A DNA stretch of 64,000 bases from Phormidium sp. (lineage in GTDB: Bacteria; Cyanobacteriota; Cyanobacteriia; Cyanobacteriales; Aerosakkonemataceae). Positions 41,724-49,991 of the stretch are shown piece by piece. Each line of letters starts with the position of its first letter. Within the stretch, counting starts at the first letter, position 1. The notes below the pieces were generated by a model. It worked only from the letters and a program-made list of their open reading frames with translations, was not told where the DNA came from and searched no databases. The DNA lies in the NCBI GenBank assembly GCA_051013385.1, contig CP143273.1:1920001-1984000 (forward strand), written 5' to 3'. Both the position numbers and the translations under genes were made by a program.

Positions 41724-43076
41724 TTAGTTGCGTGATTCAGCTATTCTAAAACCAGCGTGTTGATAGAAATTAGGCCGGAACCAATTGCGATAAAACTTTA
41801 ACGCTTCTGTTCCATTTGTCGCCCAAGCACCACCCAACATCATCTTATGTTGATTATCAAAAAAGGGTGCGGCATTATCTTCATAAAGAAAATGGGTTTT
41901 AAATCCGGGCAATGGGTTAAAACCATCATTCAACCATTCCCAAACATTCCCCCGTAAATCGTACAATCCAGAAGGAGTTTCGGCTTGTTTTAATATACCG
42001 ACTGGACTGGGCGAACCAAATTTTAAATTGAGGTTGAAATTATTTACTGTATCCAATCCAGCACTTTTTGAGTTGGCATTAGATCCATAAGTTGCTAAAA
42101 GCCATTCTGCTTCACTCATTAAGCGAATTCCCTCACCTTTCCAGCGACAGTAAGCCATTGCTTCATAATGATTTACTTCTACGGGCCAATCTAAAGGTAG
42201 TTCAATTTCATCAAACATTGCCCTATATTTGTAGCCACCATTTTTAGGTATCCAAAATTTGGGATTTTTGACGTTATTTTCGGTTTTCCAAGCCCATGAT
42301 TCTTCATCCCAGTAAACTTGTTTTTCGTAGCCACCAGCATTAACAAATTCCTGAAATTCTGCATTGGTTATCATGTACTTACTAGCGGCAAATGGTGCAA
42401 CATTGACTTGCCGATCGCCATATTCACAATCCCAACCATAAAGCGGGAAATCTTCTGGTTTACCAAGTTCAACTAACCCACCAGAAACTTGAATCATTTC
42501 ATTATCAGAAATGTCACCATTAGAAGGTGCATATTGCCAATTTTCGGGACGTGCAACTTTGTCTACAGGGAGTTGCCGGATTAGCATAGATGAAGTTTCA
42601 AAATGAATGCGCTGATGTTCGATCGCCATCATCAACGCCCAAAGGGGATGATTTTGATGAATTGGGAGATCGATCGGCGTGTTTTTAATTACTTCTGAAA
42701 TAATCTCATAAGCTTGGTGGCGATATTCCCAAACCCCAGCTAGTTCGGGCCATTGAATATGCGAAATTGCGGCGTTTAGTTCGTCAGGAGTTCGCGGATC
42801 GACCCCAACTCCAAAGATGAATTCGTAATCCGGGTTAATACTTTTATCTAACAAATTTACCATCATTAATTTGTTGATGTAAAAACCCGCTGAATGACCC
42901 AAATAAAAAATTAGGGGATTGCGTAAGCAATCAGGATTCAGATAGAATGTCTCTTCTCCAACTATGCTTTTCATCAGCATATCTTCCAGTTCCCAGGCGT
43001 TTTGAAAGTAACTGAAGATGGCTTCTCTACTACAAGTGTTTAGTAGAATTGGTAGTTGAAGTTTCAGGGTGTTCAT
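41724..43076 (-). CDS. OvoA-like 5-histidylcysteine sulfoxide synthase without a methyltransferase domain
   Basis: LRNPLIFYLGH and EHQRIHFETSS (iron-binding His), FGE-sulfatase domain GNVWEW, FYQHAGFR. Confidence 0.85.
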   Translation of the reverse strand: MNTLKLQLPILLNTCSREAIFSYFQNAWELEDMLMKSIVGEETFYLNPDCLRNPLIFYLGHSAGFYINKLMMVNLLDKSINPDYEFIFGVGVDPRTPDELNAAISHIQWPELAGVWEYRHQAYEIISEVIKNTPIDLPIHQNHPLWALMMAIEHQRIHFETSSMLIRQLPVDKVARPENWQYAPSNGDISDNEMIQVSGGLVELGKPEDFPLYGWDCEYGDRQVNVAPFAASKYMITNAEFQEFVNAGGYEKQVYWDEESWAWKTENNVKNPKFWIPKNGGYKYRAMFDEIELPLDWPVEVNHYEAMAYCRWKGEGIRLMSEAEWLLATYGSNANSKSAGLDTVNNFNLNLKFGSPSPVGILKQAETPSGLYDLRGNVWEWLNDGFNPLPGFKTHFLYEDNAAPFFDNQHKMMLGGAWATNGTEALKFYRNWFRPNFYQHAGFRIAESRN

Positions 43077-43138
43077 GCTGGAAATTTTTGTTTGTTCAAT
43101 GGGTTGGGGTACTAAGCTGAGGGAGCGATCGCAAATAA

Positions 43139-44119
43139 CTATTTCGCTGCTTGACAAAGGATTAAACCAAACCACTTTTGCGGATCGGTAAAGCTTTTTA
43201 AGGTTTTTAACCCTTTGGAGTCTAGTTGTTTTTGCACAGTCTCTAAATCAAACTTCCGAGAGATTTCGGTGAGGATACGTTCCCCTGTTTCCCAGGTAAC
43301 TTTCAAGTCTAGGCTTTCTAAATTTACAACATGACTTTTTTGGCAATCCAAGTACATTTCAATTTGATTTTCTTCTTGATTGTAAATAGCTTTATGGGTG
43401 AATAAGCTTGGATCAAAATCGCCTTGAAAACGCCAGTTTAAATGTTCAAGCATATTCAAATTAAAAGCCGCAGTTACTCCTTGAGAGTCATTATAAGCGG
43501 CTTCTAAAATTTCTATGGGTTTTTGCAAGTCAATGCCAAGCAAAAAGTAATCTCCTGGGGCAAGTACATCAGTAATTTGATTCAAGAAAACATCATATTC
43601 CTGCGGGGTAAAATTCCCAATAGAACTCCCTAAGAAAAAAATCATCCGCGCTGGCAAAGAGGTAGGTTTTAATTGGGTAAGGGCTTGTTCGTAAGTGCCT
43701 ACTAACGCTTTAATCTGTAAAGCTGGATATTCCTTTTGTAATTGAACAGCACTATCTTTGAGAATGCTTTCACTGACATCGATCGGCACATATTTACAGA
43801 AATAATTTTGCGCTTGATAAGCATCTAACAACAGACGAGTTTTTGTCGAACTACCACTGCCTAATTCTACTAGTTCACAAGCACCTGTTATCTGGGCAAT
43901 TTCATCAGAATATTCTCGCAAAATTGCTGCTTCTGTTCGTGTCGGATAATATTCTGGCAACTCACAAATTTGCTCAAATAGTTGAGAACCTTGATGGTCA
44001 TAAAAATACTTTGGCGGTAAAGTTTTTGGGCTTTTTGTTAATCCTTGAATAACATCATCGCCATCTTTGTTTAGAGTTTGGTAATGCCCCTTAAGATTTG
44101 TCAAAAATGTTGTTGCCAT
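43139..44119 (-). CDS. egtD: L-histidine N-alpha-methyltransferase
   Basis: PKYFYD-x-GS-x-LFE-x-IC-x-LPEYYPTRTE, VELGSGSSTKT, AYND-x-GVTAAFN and TEISRKF motifs. Confidence 0.92.
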   Translation of the reverse strand: MATTFLTNLKGHYQTLNKDGDDVIQGLTKSPKTLPPKYFYDHQGSQLFEQICELPEYYPTRTEAAILREYSDEIAQITGACELVELGSGSSTKTRLLLDAYQAQNYFCKYVPIDVSESILKDSAVQLQKEYPALQIKALVGTYEQALTQLKPTSLPARMIFFLGSSIGNFTPQEYDVFLNQITDVLAPGDYFLLGIDLQKPIEILEAAYNDSQGVTAAFNLNMLEHLNWRFQGDFDPSLFTHKAIYNQEENQIEMYLDCQKSHVVNLESLDLKVTWETGERILTEISRKFDLETVQKQLDSKGLKTLKSFTDPQKWFGLILCQAAK

Positions 44120-44559
44120 TTTACTTTTTTTTGATGTGTATAGAATCAATATGGCAGATTTTGCTTTTGGGAGCAACAGTTTTTTTCTTATATTATTTTT
44201 TCGTATAAAAGATTAAGATTACTAATTTGGTAATCTATAATAATCATCATATATTCAACCTATAAAACCGAAAAAAAATCATATTAAATTTATTAATGAT
44301 AAGTTATCAAAAATTTCAGCCCAAAGATAGTGTTTATAGAATTAATTCCTAGTACACTGAAACTCATCTATTTTAGGAAAATAGAGGGCAGAAGCTGAAT
44401 AAATTTTGTACAATGCGGTTTCACCTTTTTAACTAGTGGATAATTTTACCAGAATACAATATTCCCATTTCTTTATAGGAAAAGGGGAAAAGGTAGTTGT
44501 TAATTTCTAGTTGGATGCTACTGGGATGGCATTTACTCCAGCAACACTGTGACTAAAAC

Positions 44560-44762
44560 ATTATGCCATTTTTTGTGCTAAATGAACATTCCAAAATTTC
44601 TACTTAATTACTGTGTGAATAATGGACAAAATAGAGTATGATCCGATAACTATTTTCTAGAAGTTTGCTGAACTTAATCCAATCAGTTAACCTCGGTCGG
44701 TTTGTGGGGAGAGTTAATGTTGCTGAGTAGGGAGAATGGCTAAATGCTGACGATCGCACTTA
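44560..44762 (+). pseudogene. Remnant of a duplicated araC promoter and 5' region
   Basis: Collinear blocks match about 35071-35125, 35280-35323 and 35408-35420. Confidence 0.7.
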
Positions 44763-45001
44763 CCGATACAGCTAAATCTGGAAAGTTAAAGACTAGTTCA
44801 GGTGCATGACAATATTCGCAGCGATGAGTAGCACGATCGGCTACTAGAGTATAAAAAGGATTCATGAATTTATTTGTTGCATCAAAGCTGCTGTTCGGGC
44901 TGTAGCAGCTTCTACAAGCTTATCTAATTCTGTTTGCAGCAATAAGTTTACAGTTCCACGTTAGCAGGTAATCCATACCGTGAACTGTAGCGATCGCAAT
45001 T

Positions 45002-45766
45002 CTAATTTCTGTCTTGTTTCTTGATGCTCTGAATTATTTTTTCCATTATACGAATCTGACGTAAATTAATCTCTTCTTTATTAGGCAAATCTTCTACCAC
45101 ATAGAAAGACTTAGGCGTTAGTAAAAACCAACTTGCAGGAACTACCTCTAACAGCCACCATTCAAAAAGTTCACGTCTTCCGTATGAGCCAGGGAAAATT
45201 GCATAACCCTCTAAGCAATCATCTAAAATTTCTAGAATTGCTTCCACAGATTGCTCATAATCAAGAACTCGAATCGCATTTTTAAAGACATCTTGAGCTT
45301 CATACAATACCTGTAGGCTGACTGGATTTTTATTAGTGTCCTGTGACACATCATAATTTACTAATATATCCTTTTTCAACAATTCCCTATCATCAAACTC
45401 AATTGTCTTAACTTCATCATTGAGGATTTTTTTTGTATTGGCAATTAGCCATAATGATATTTCAATAATTATATTTTTGGGTGAAGAGTCCTTTGGTTGA
45501 TAATATTCAAACGTAGGTTCCACAACTAATAATAAAATTAGCGTCATCCACACATAACGCAGGTGAGTAAGCGTCTGGTTACTAATACGAAATGCTTGGA
45601 AAACTTCATTTAAATCATCTTGAAGTGAAGTTGTGCCGTCTGCTTCTAACTCATAAAGCTCTTCATAATGTTGTTGCTTAATTTTATCCAGTAAAACTTT
45701 TAGAGAGTCAGGCAACATTTCTATCGAGGGTAATTTTTGATCTGACTGGCTCGATCGCAATACCAT
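45002..45766 (-). CDS. Hypothetical protein, candidate immunity protein
   Basis: Acidic, helical 254 aa ORF 21 bp downstream of the deaminase; GGAGG ribosome-binding site upstream. Confidence 0.55.
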   Translation of the reverse strand: MVLRSSQSDQKLPSIEMLPDSLKVLLDKIKQQHYEELYELEADGTTSLQDDLNEVFQAFRISNQTLTHLRYVWMTLILLLVVEPTFEYYQPKDSSPKNIIIEISLWLIANTKKILNDEVKTIEFDDRELLKKDILVNYDVSQDTNKNPVSLQVLYEAQDVFKNAIRVLDYEQSVEAILEILDDCLEGYAIFPGSYGRRELFEWWLLEVVPASWFLLTPKSFYVVEDLPNKEEINLRQIRIMEKIIQSIKKQDRN

Positions 45767-45787
45767 AAAAAAATCCCTCCTTTATAC

Positions 45788-46210
45788 TCATTCCGATGGA
45801 TAAGGATAATCCCAAAATAATTCTATTTTGATGTTGGGAAACTTCTCCTCAAATTGCTTGACTATATTTTCACAGCTTTCACAGGGTTGTAGCTCAGTGT
45901 AAAGATAGAGATTTCCCTTTACCTGAAGATCGTAGAACATCTCAAGAGTTTCCGCAATTGCTGATAATACTTTATACTCTGCATCAGTGTCCATAAAGCG
46001 ATTAGTACGAGAATCAATAGTTGGTTCAAATTGCCCTCCTTGAGATTTTGGTTTAGGTTGAGGTATTGGGCTATTTTTTCCACCTTTAGATGTTCCCGCT
46101 GCACAAAAAGTTACATCACCCTGGATATTTACTTGAGCAACTGCAACATTGCTTTTACCAATAGGTTTTCTCAGATATCGCTCTCGAATTAGAGCAGCAC
46201 TTTCTTGCAA
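45788..46210 (-). CDS. Nucleic-acid deaminase toxin domain (BURPS668_1122 / Toxin-deaminase-like)
   Basis: DAEYKVL...LYTELQPCESC zinc-deaminase pattern with Asp in place of His. Confidence 0.75.
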   Translation of the reverse strand: MQESAALIRERYLRKPIGKSNVAVAQVNIQGDVTFCAAGTSKGGKNSPIPQPKPKSQGGQFEPTIDSRTNRFMDTDAEYKVLSAIAETLEMFYDLQVKGNLYLYTELQPCESCENIVKQFEEKFPNIKIELFWDYPYPSE

Positions 46211-46327
46211 ACGCTCTTTAAACAGAAATTAAACTCCTCATCGCTTCTTATTGTATTTTTCTAAATTAGAAATACTAGCATTGGTAATACAGGTTATCTT
46301 TTCACCTAATTAGGTAGGTTGAGGACA

Positions 46328-48247
46328 ATGGTACGACTAAAACCTTGGAAAATCGTTGTATTAGCAACGCCGATCGCAACTATCATTGCTTTCCTGATGG
46401 TAGCAGCAGGGCAACAAATTCACGCTTGGGGAATTAATTGGATCTGGGCGATCTTTACGGTTGTATTAGTAGGTTGGCGTTGGTTGTTGGTAAAATGGAC
46501 GCAACCTGTGGTAGCACAAATCGAAACTGTGGTTGCTGAGGTAAACAAAGAACTGGAAGAAGCTGCTGAAGATACTGTAAGTTTACCTGCGGGAAATGAT
46601 GCGGCAACTAAAGCGGAAGCGGCGTTACAAGAAGTATTAAAAACTGCCCAAAACGATCGCCCAGTTTGGGAAGATTGGAACACTTTTTGGCAACGTTGTC
46701 AGCAGTTAGTAATTGCGATCGCGCACGCCTACAACCCAGAGGTAAAATATCCCTTACTTAACATCTACATTCCCCAAGCTTACGCTCTAATTCGGGGCAC
46801 CGGAGATGATATGGATCTTTGGATGCAAAAATTGTCTCCCGCTTTAAATCAAGTAACAGTTGGACAAGCAGTGGAAGCTTATGAAGTGTATCAAAGATTA
46901 GAACCTTCGGCGCGAAAACTTTGGCAAATTTGGAATTGGGCACAATGGATAATTAACCCAGCAGCAGCGTTAGCAAGAGTAGCTAGTCAGCGTTCCAGCA
47001 ATCAAGCAACTCAGCAATTATTGGTAAATTTAGGTCAACTTTTGCGGGAAGCTGCATTACGAAATTTAGCTGGACAAGCAATTCAACTTTATAGTGGTAT
47101 TGCCGCAAATCTGTCTGAAACTGCTGTTCCTACACCCACACTTCCCCAAGCAAAAACCCAAACTTTACGAGAGATTTTAACTCAAGCTGAACCAGTCCAA
47201 AAAGTAGAACAAAAACCCGTAAATATTCTATTGGCGGGAAGAACTGGATCGGGAAAAAGCAGTTTAATTAATACTTTGTTTCAAGCAGATTTAGCCGCTG
47301 TTGATGTTTTACCTAGCACGGATAAAATCCAAAGTTATGAATGGAAAACGCAAACCGGAGAAAGTTTAACCCTTTGGGATACTCCTGGTTATGAACAGGT
47401 GAAACGGGGTGAGTTGCGAGATTTAGTAATTGATTACGCGACAAATGGCGATCTTTTGTTATTAGTTACTCCCGCTTTAGATCCAGCTTTACAAATGGAT
47501 GTTGACTTTCTGGAAGATATTAAAGGCGAAGTTGCAGATATACCAGTAATTACAGTTGTAACTCAAGTCGATCGCTTACGTCCGATTCGGGAATGGGAAC
47601 CTTTTTATGATTGGCAATGGGGAGAAAAGCCAAAAGAAATTGCCATTCGAGAAGCGACTGAATATCGTGCTAAACAGTTAGGAGAGTTCAGCAAATTAGT
47701 TTTACCTGTTGTTACTTCGGATAGTCAAAGTAATCGCCAAGCTTGGAATATTGATATGTTATCTCTGGCTTTAGTAAATGCGATCGCACCCGCCAAACAA
47801 CTCCGTTTAGCCAGATTTTTGCGTAACTTAGAAGCGCGGACTGTCGCTGCTGCCAAAATCATCGATCGTTACACTTTCCAGATGACAACTACTCAAGGAT
47901 TAGCAAGTTTCTTGAAAAGTCCAATCCTGCAATTTATCTCTACCATGTCTACTGGATCGCCATCTTTAGCTTTTGCCTTAGCTCAACAAATTCCCGTAGA
48001 ACAATTACCTGTTGTTATTGGTAAACTGCAAATGGCTTATGACATTTACACGCTGTTAAATGACAAAGTAAAACCGATTAACTTTGATTTAAGACCGCTT
48101 TGGTTATTGTTACTGGAGAATTCCGCAGCGCCCGATCGCGATGCTTGGGCATTTGGTCACACAGTAGTAGAGTTTTGGACACAGAATCTCACAGTTACAC
48201 AACTACAGGAACGATATAATTACTATTTGAATTCTACTAAGAAGTAG
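46328..48247 (+). CDS. Membrane-anchored Era-like GTPase family protein
   Basis: N-terminal TM helices; GRTGSGKSS, WDTPG and TQVD motifs. Confidence 0.8.
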   Translation: MVRLKPWKIVVLATPIATIIAFLMVAAGQQIHAWGINWIWAIFTVVLVGWRWLLVKWTQPVVAQIETVVAEVNKELEEAAEDTVSLPAGNDAATKAEAALQEVLKTAQNDRPVWEDWNTFWQRCQQLVIAIAHAYNPEVKYPLLNIYIPQAYALIRGTGDDMDLWMQKLSPALNQVTVGQAVEAYEVYQRLEPSARKLWQIWNWAQWIINPAAALARVASQRSSNQATQQLLVNLGQLLREAALRNLAGQAIQLYSGIAANLSETAVPTPTLPQAKTQTLREILTQAEPVQKVEQKPVNILLAGRTGSGKSSLINTLFQADLAAVDVLPSTDKIQSYEWKTQTGESLTLWDTPGYEQVKRGELRDLVIDYATNGDLLLLVTPALDPALQMDVDFLEDIKGEVADIPVITVVTQVDRLRPIREWEPFYDWQWGEKPKEIAIREATEYRAKQLGEFSKLVLPVVTSDSQSNRQAWNIDMLSLALVNAIAPAKQLRLARFLRNLEARTVAAAKIIDRYTFQMTTTQGLASFLKSPILQFISTMSTGSPSLAFALAQQIPVEQLPVVIGKLQMAYDIYTLLNDKVKPINFDLRPLWLLLLENSAAPDRDAWAFGHTVVEFWTQNLTVTQLQERYNYYLNSTKK

Positions 48248-48277
48248 CCACTTGGGAATAGCGTTAGTAACTTGAAT

Positions 48278-48493
48278 TTAGGAGGCTTTTGGGTAAAGAT
48301 TCTCAGAGTTCATTAATTCACGAACTGACGCTTTTTTCTGAATGATATTTTCCAAAGATTGGCTATACTTTGACAACGAAGGAGCGGAATTAAAATTAGG
48401 CATTTCTTGCCAACAGTGGCGACAGTACCAGAAAATTTGGTTATGACGAATATGCCGCAACATAGTATGAGAACAACAGGGACAACTTGCCAT
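48278..48493 (-). CDS. Small Cys-rich (zinc-ribbon) cyanobacterial protein
   Basis: CPCC...WYCRHCWQEMP. Confidence 0.7.
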   Translation of the reverse strand: MASCPCCSHTMLRHIRHNQIFWYCRHCWQEMPNFNSAPSLSKYSQSLENIIQKKASVRELMNSENLYPKAS

Positions 48494-48553
48494 TTTCTTG
48501 GACCTCAATAACTAACAGAGGAAGGATGACAATTGATTTACCAGCCATGATTA

Positions 48554-48590
48554 GAGGATATGAGGAAAATTTGAAGATATTTTGAAGATG
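48554..48590 (-). promoter_or_regulatory. 11-bp-spaced direct-repeat operator candidate
   Basis: TGAGG/TGAAG/TGAAG at 48561, 48572 and 48583; a similar array lies at 49533-49558. Confidence 0.45.
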
Positions 48591-48645
48591 AGCCTAAAGT
48601 AACGGTTAAATTACAAAACTACATGATTGTTTACACAAATTTACC

Positions 48646-48990
48646 GGAGCAGGGGAGCTCAAGAGCAGGGGAGTTCAAGAGCAGGGGTGCAAGAAAACTC
48701 TGTGTTGGCGGGTTTTGTTGTTAACTCTTCTGCTGTGAATACAGATTTATCTCAATACTGCTCGGGTTTTGGGTAGGGGCGAAGCATTCGGGCGATAACT
48801 TTTGGCTCAAACCCGGGATTTTCTGCTCCGTTTGCTAATGCCTACGGCACGCACTCGCGTTCGCCCCTACAAAGGCAAAAAATACTTAACCGAGCAGTAT
48901 TGAGATAAATCTGCTCTCACCCGCCCCTACAAACTCAAAAAACGAAGCTAAGAACTATCCCAGTCCCCAGTGCCCAGTCCCCAGTCGCCT
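48646..48990. repeat. Cluster of nested repeats
   Basis: Perfect 24-bp inverted repeat (48742-48765 / 48890-48913) enclosing a GTAGGGGCG..CGCCCCTAC element; GAGCAGGGG x3; CCCCAGT heptamers. Confidence 0.8.
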
Positions 48991-49378
48991 AAATAATTTG
49001 ATGTTCTAGAAAACAGTTAGTGACAACTGATAACAAATCACGCTTGGTAAAAGGAGCGATTAAATAATCACTAATTCCTAGTTCTTTAATTAAAGAAATA
49101 GCTTCAGATTCGTAGTTGGCAGTGATTAAAAGGCTTGATGCTTGTAAATTTTGTAAACTCGATTTGATTCGCTGGAGAATATCATCTCTTTTGAGCGAAT
49201 AAAAGTTTAATTCAAAAATGATTAAGTCAAATTCCAGATTAACAGCTAAATTCAAACCTACGGCGATGTTACTGATTAATGTGATTTTAAATCCCTCCAT
49301 ATCTAGAATTCGGGCGATGTTTGTGCCAAATTCTAAACTAGTGGAGTAATTATCTTCAATTATTAAAATTCTAGTCAC
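48989..49378 (-). CDS. Atypical (pseudo) receiver domain protein
   Basis: ILIIED start; phosphoacceptor position reads E (DLIIFELN); conserved Lys is absent (YLIAPF). Confidence 0.7.
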   Translation of the reverse strand: MTRILIIEDNYSTSLEFGTNIARILDMEGFKITLISNIAVGLNLAVNLEFDLIIFELNFYSLKRDDILQRIKSSLQNLQASSLLITANYESEAISLIKELGISDYLIAPFTKRDLLSVVTNCFLEHQII

Positions 49379-49568
49379 TATTCCTCTCCTGGGAACACAA
49401 CAATTGCACAGTCTATTTAGGCTAAAAATTTACTAGGGGTTCCACTTCAATAATTTTAGCGACATTAACCAGAAAATCTCCTCTACTAAAAAACATCCAT
49501 CAAACTTTTGAGGATGACTACTGTCATATTAAAGAGGAAATTTGAAGAAAATCTGAAGTTTACAAAAC

Positions 49569-49940
49569 TTAAAGTTTTCCGCCTAAACTTTGGGACACCT
49601 GTTCAACTAATTTTATGATGTTGAAAGGTTTAATAATTACACCAGCAACTTGCTCTAACTGCTGTCGATCGGCAGAAACAGTCCTAGCGGTTAATAAAAA
49701 GACGGGTATTTTCCGTGTTGAATCATTTTCTTGTAACTTTTGCAACATCTCAATCCCATTCATTTTCGGCATGGAAATATCTAGTAAAATTGCATCTAAT
49801 GGTTCAGAGTTGGCGATGCGAAGTCCTTCTAAACCTGAACCTGCTAGCAATACTTGCCACCCTGCTAAATCTTCTAAACAAGTTTTAATGACTTGTTGAA
49901 TTGCCTCGTCGTCGTCAACTACGAGAATTTTTTTACTCAT
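49569..49940 (-). CDS. Single-domain response regulator (CheY/RcaF-like)
   Basis: ILVVDDD, ILLDISMP and KPF motifs. Confidence 0.9.
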   Translation of the reverse strand: MSKKILVVDDDEAIQQVIKTCLEDLAGWQVLLAGSGLEGLRIANSEPLDAILLDISMPKMNGIEMLQKLQENDSTRKIPVFLLTARTVSADRQQLEQVAGVIIKPFNIIKLVEQVSQSLGGKL

Positions 49941-49991
49941 AATTCAATACACAAGCTGTATTTTAAGTCTGCAATTAACCATCATAGTTAA

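Noticed and set aside
41724..43076. Canonical ovoA (ovothiol synthase)
   Set aside because: It lacks the C-terminal methyltransferase domain and is paired with egtD, so the product is uncertain and no gene symbol was given.
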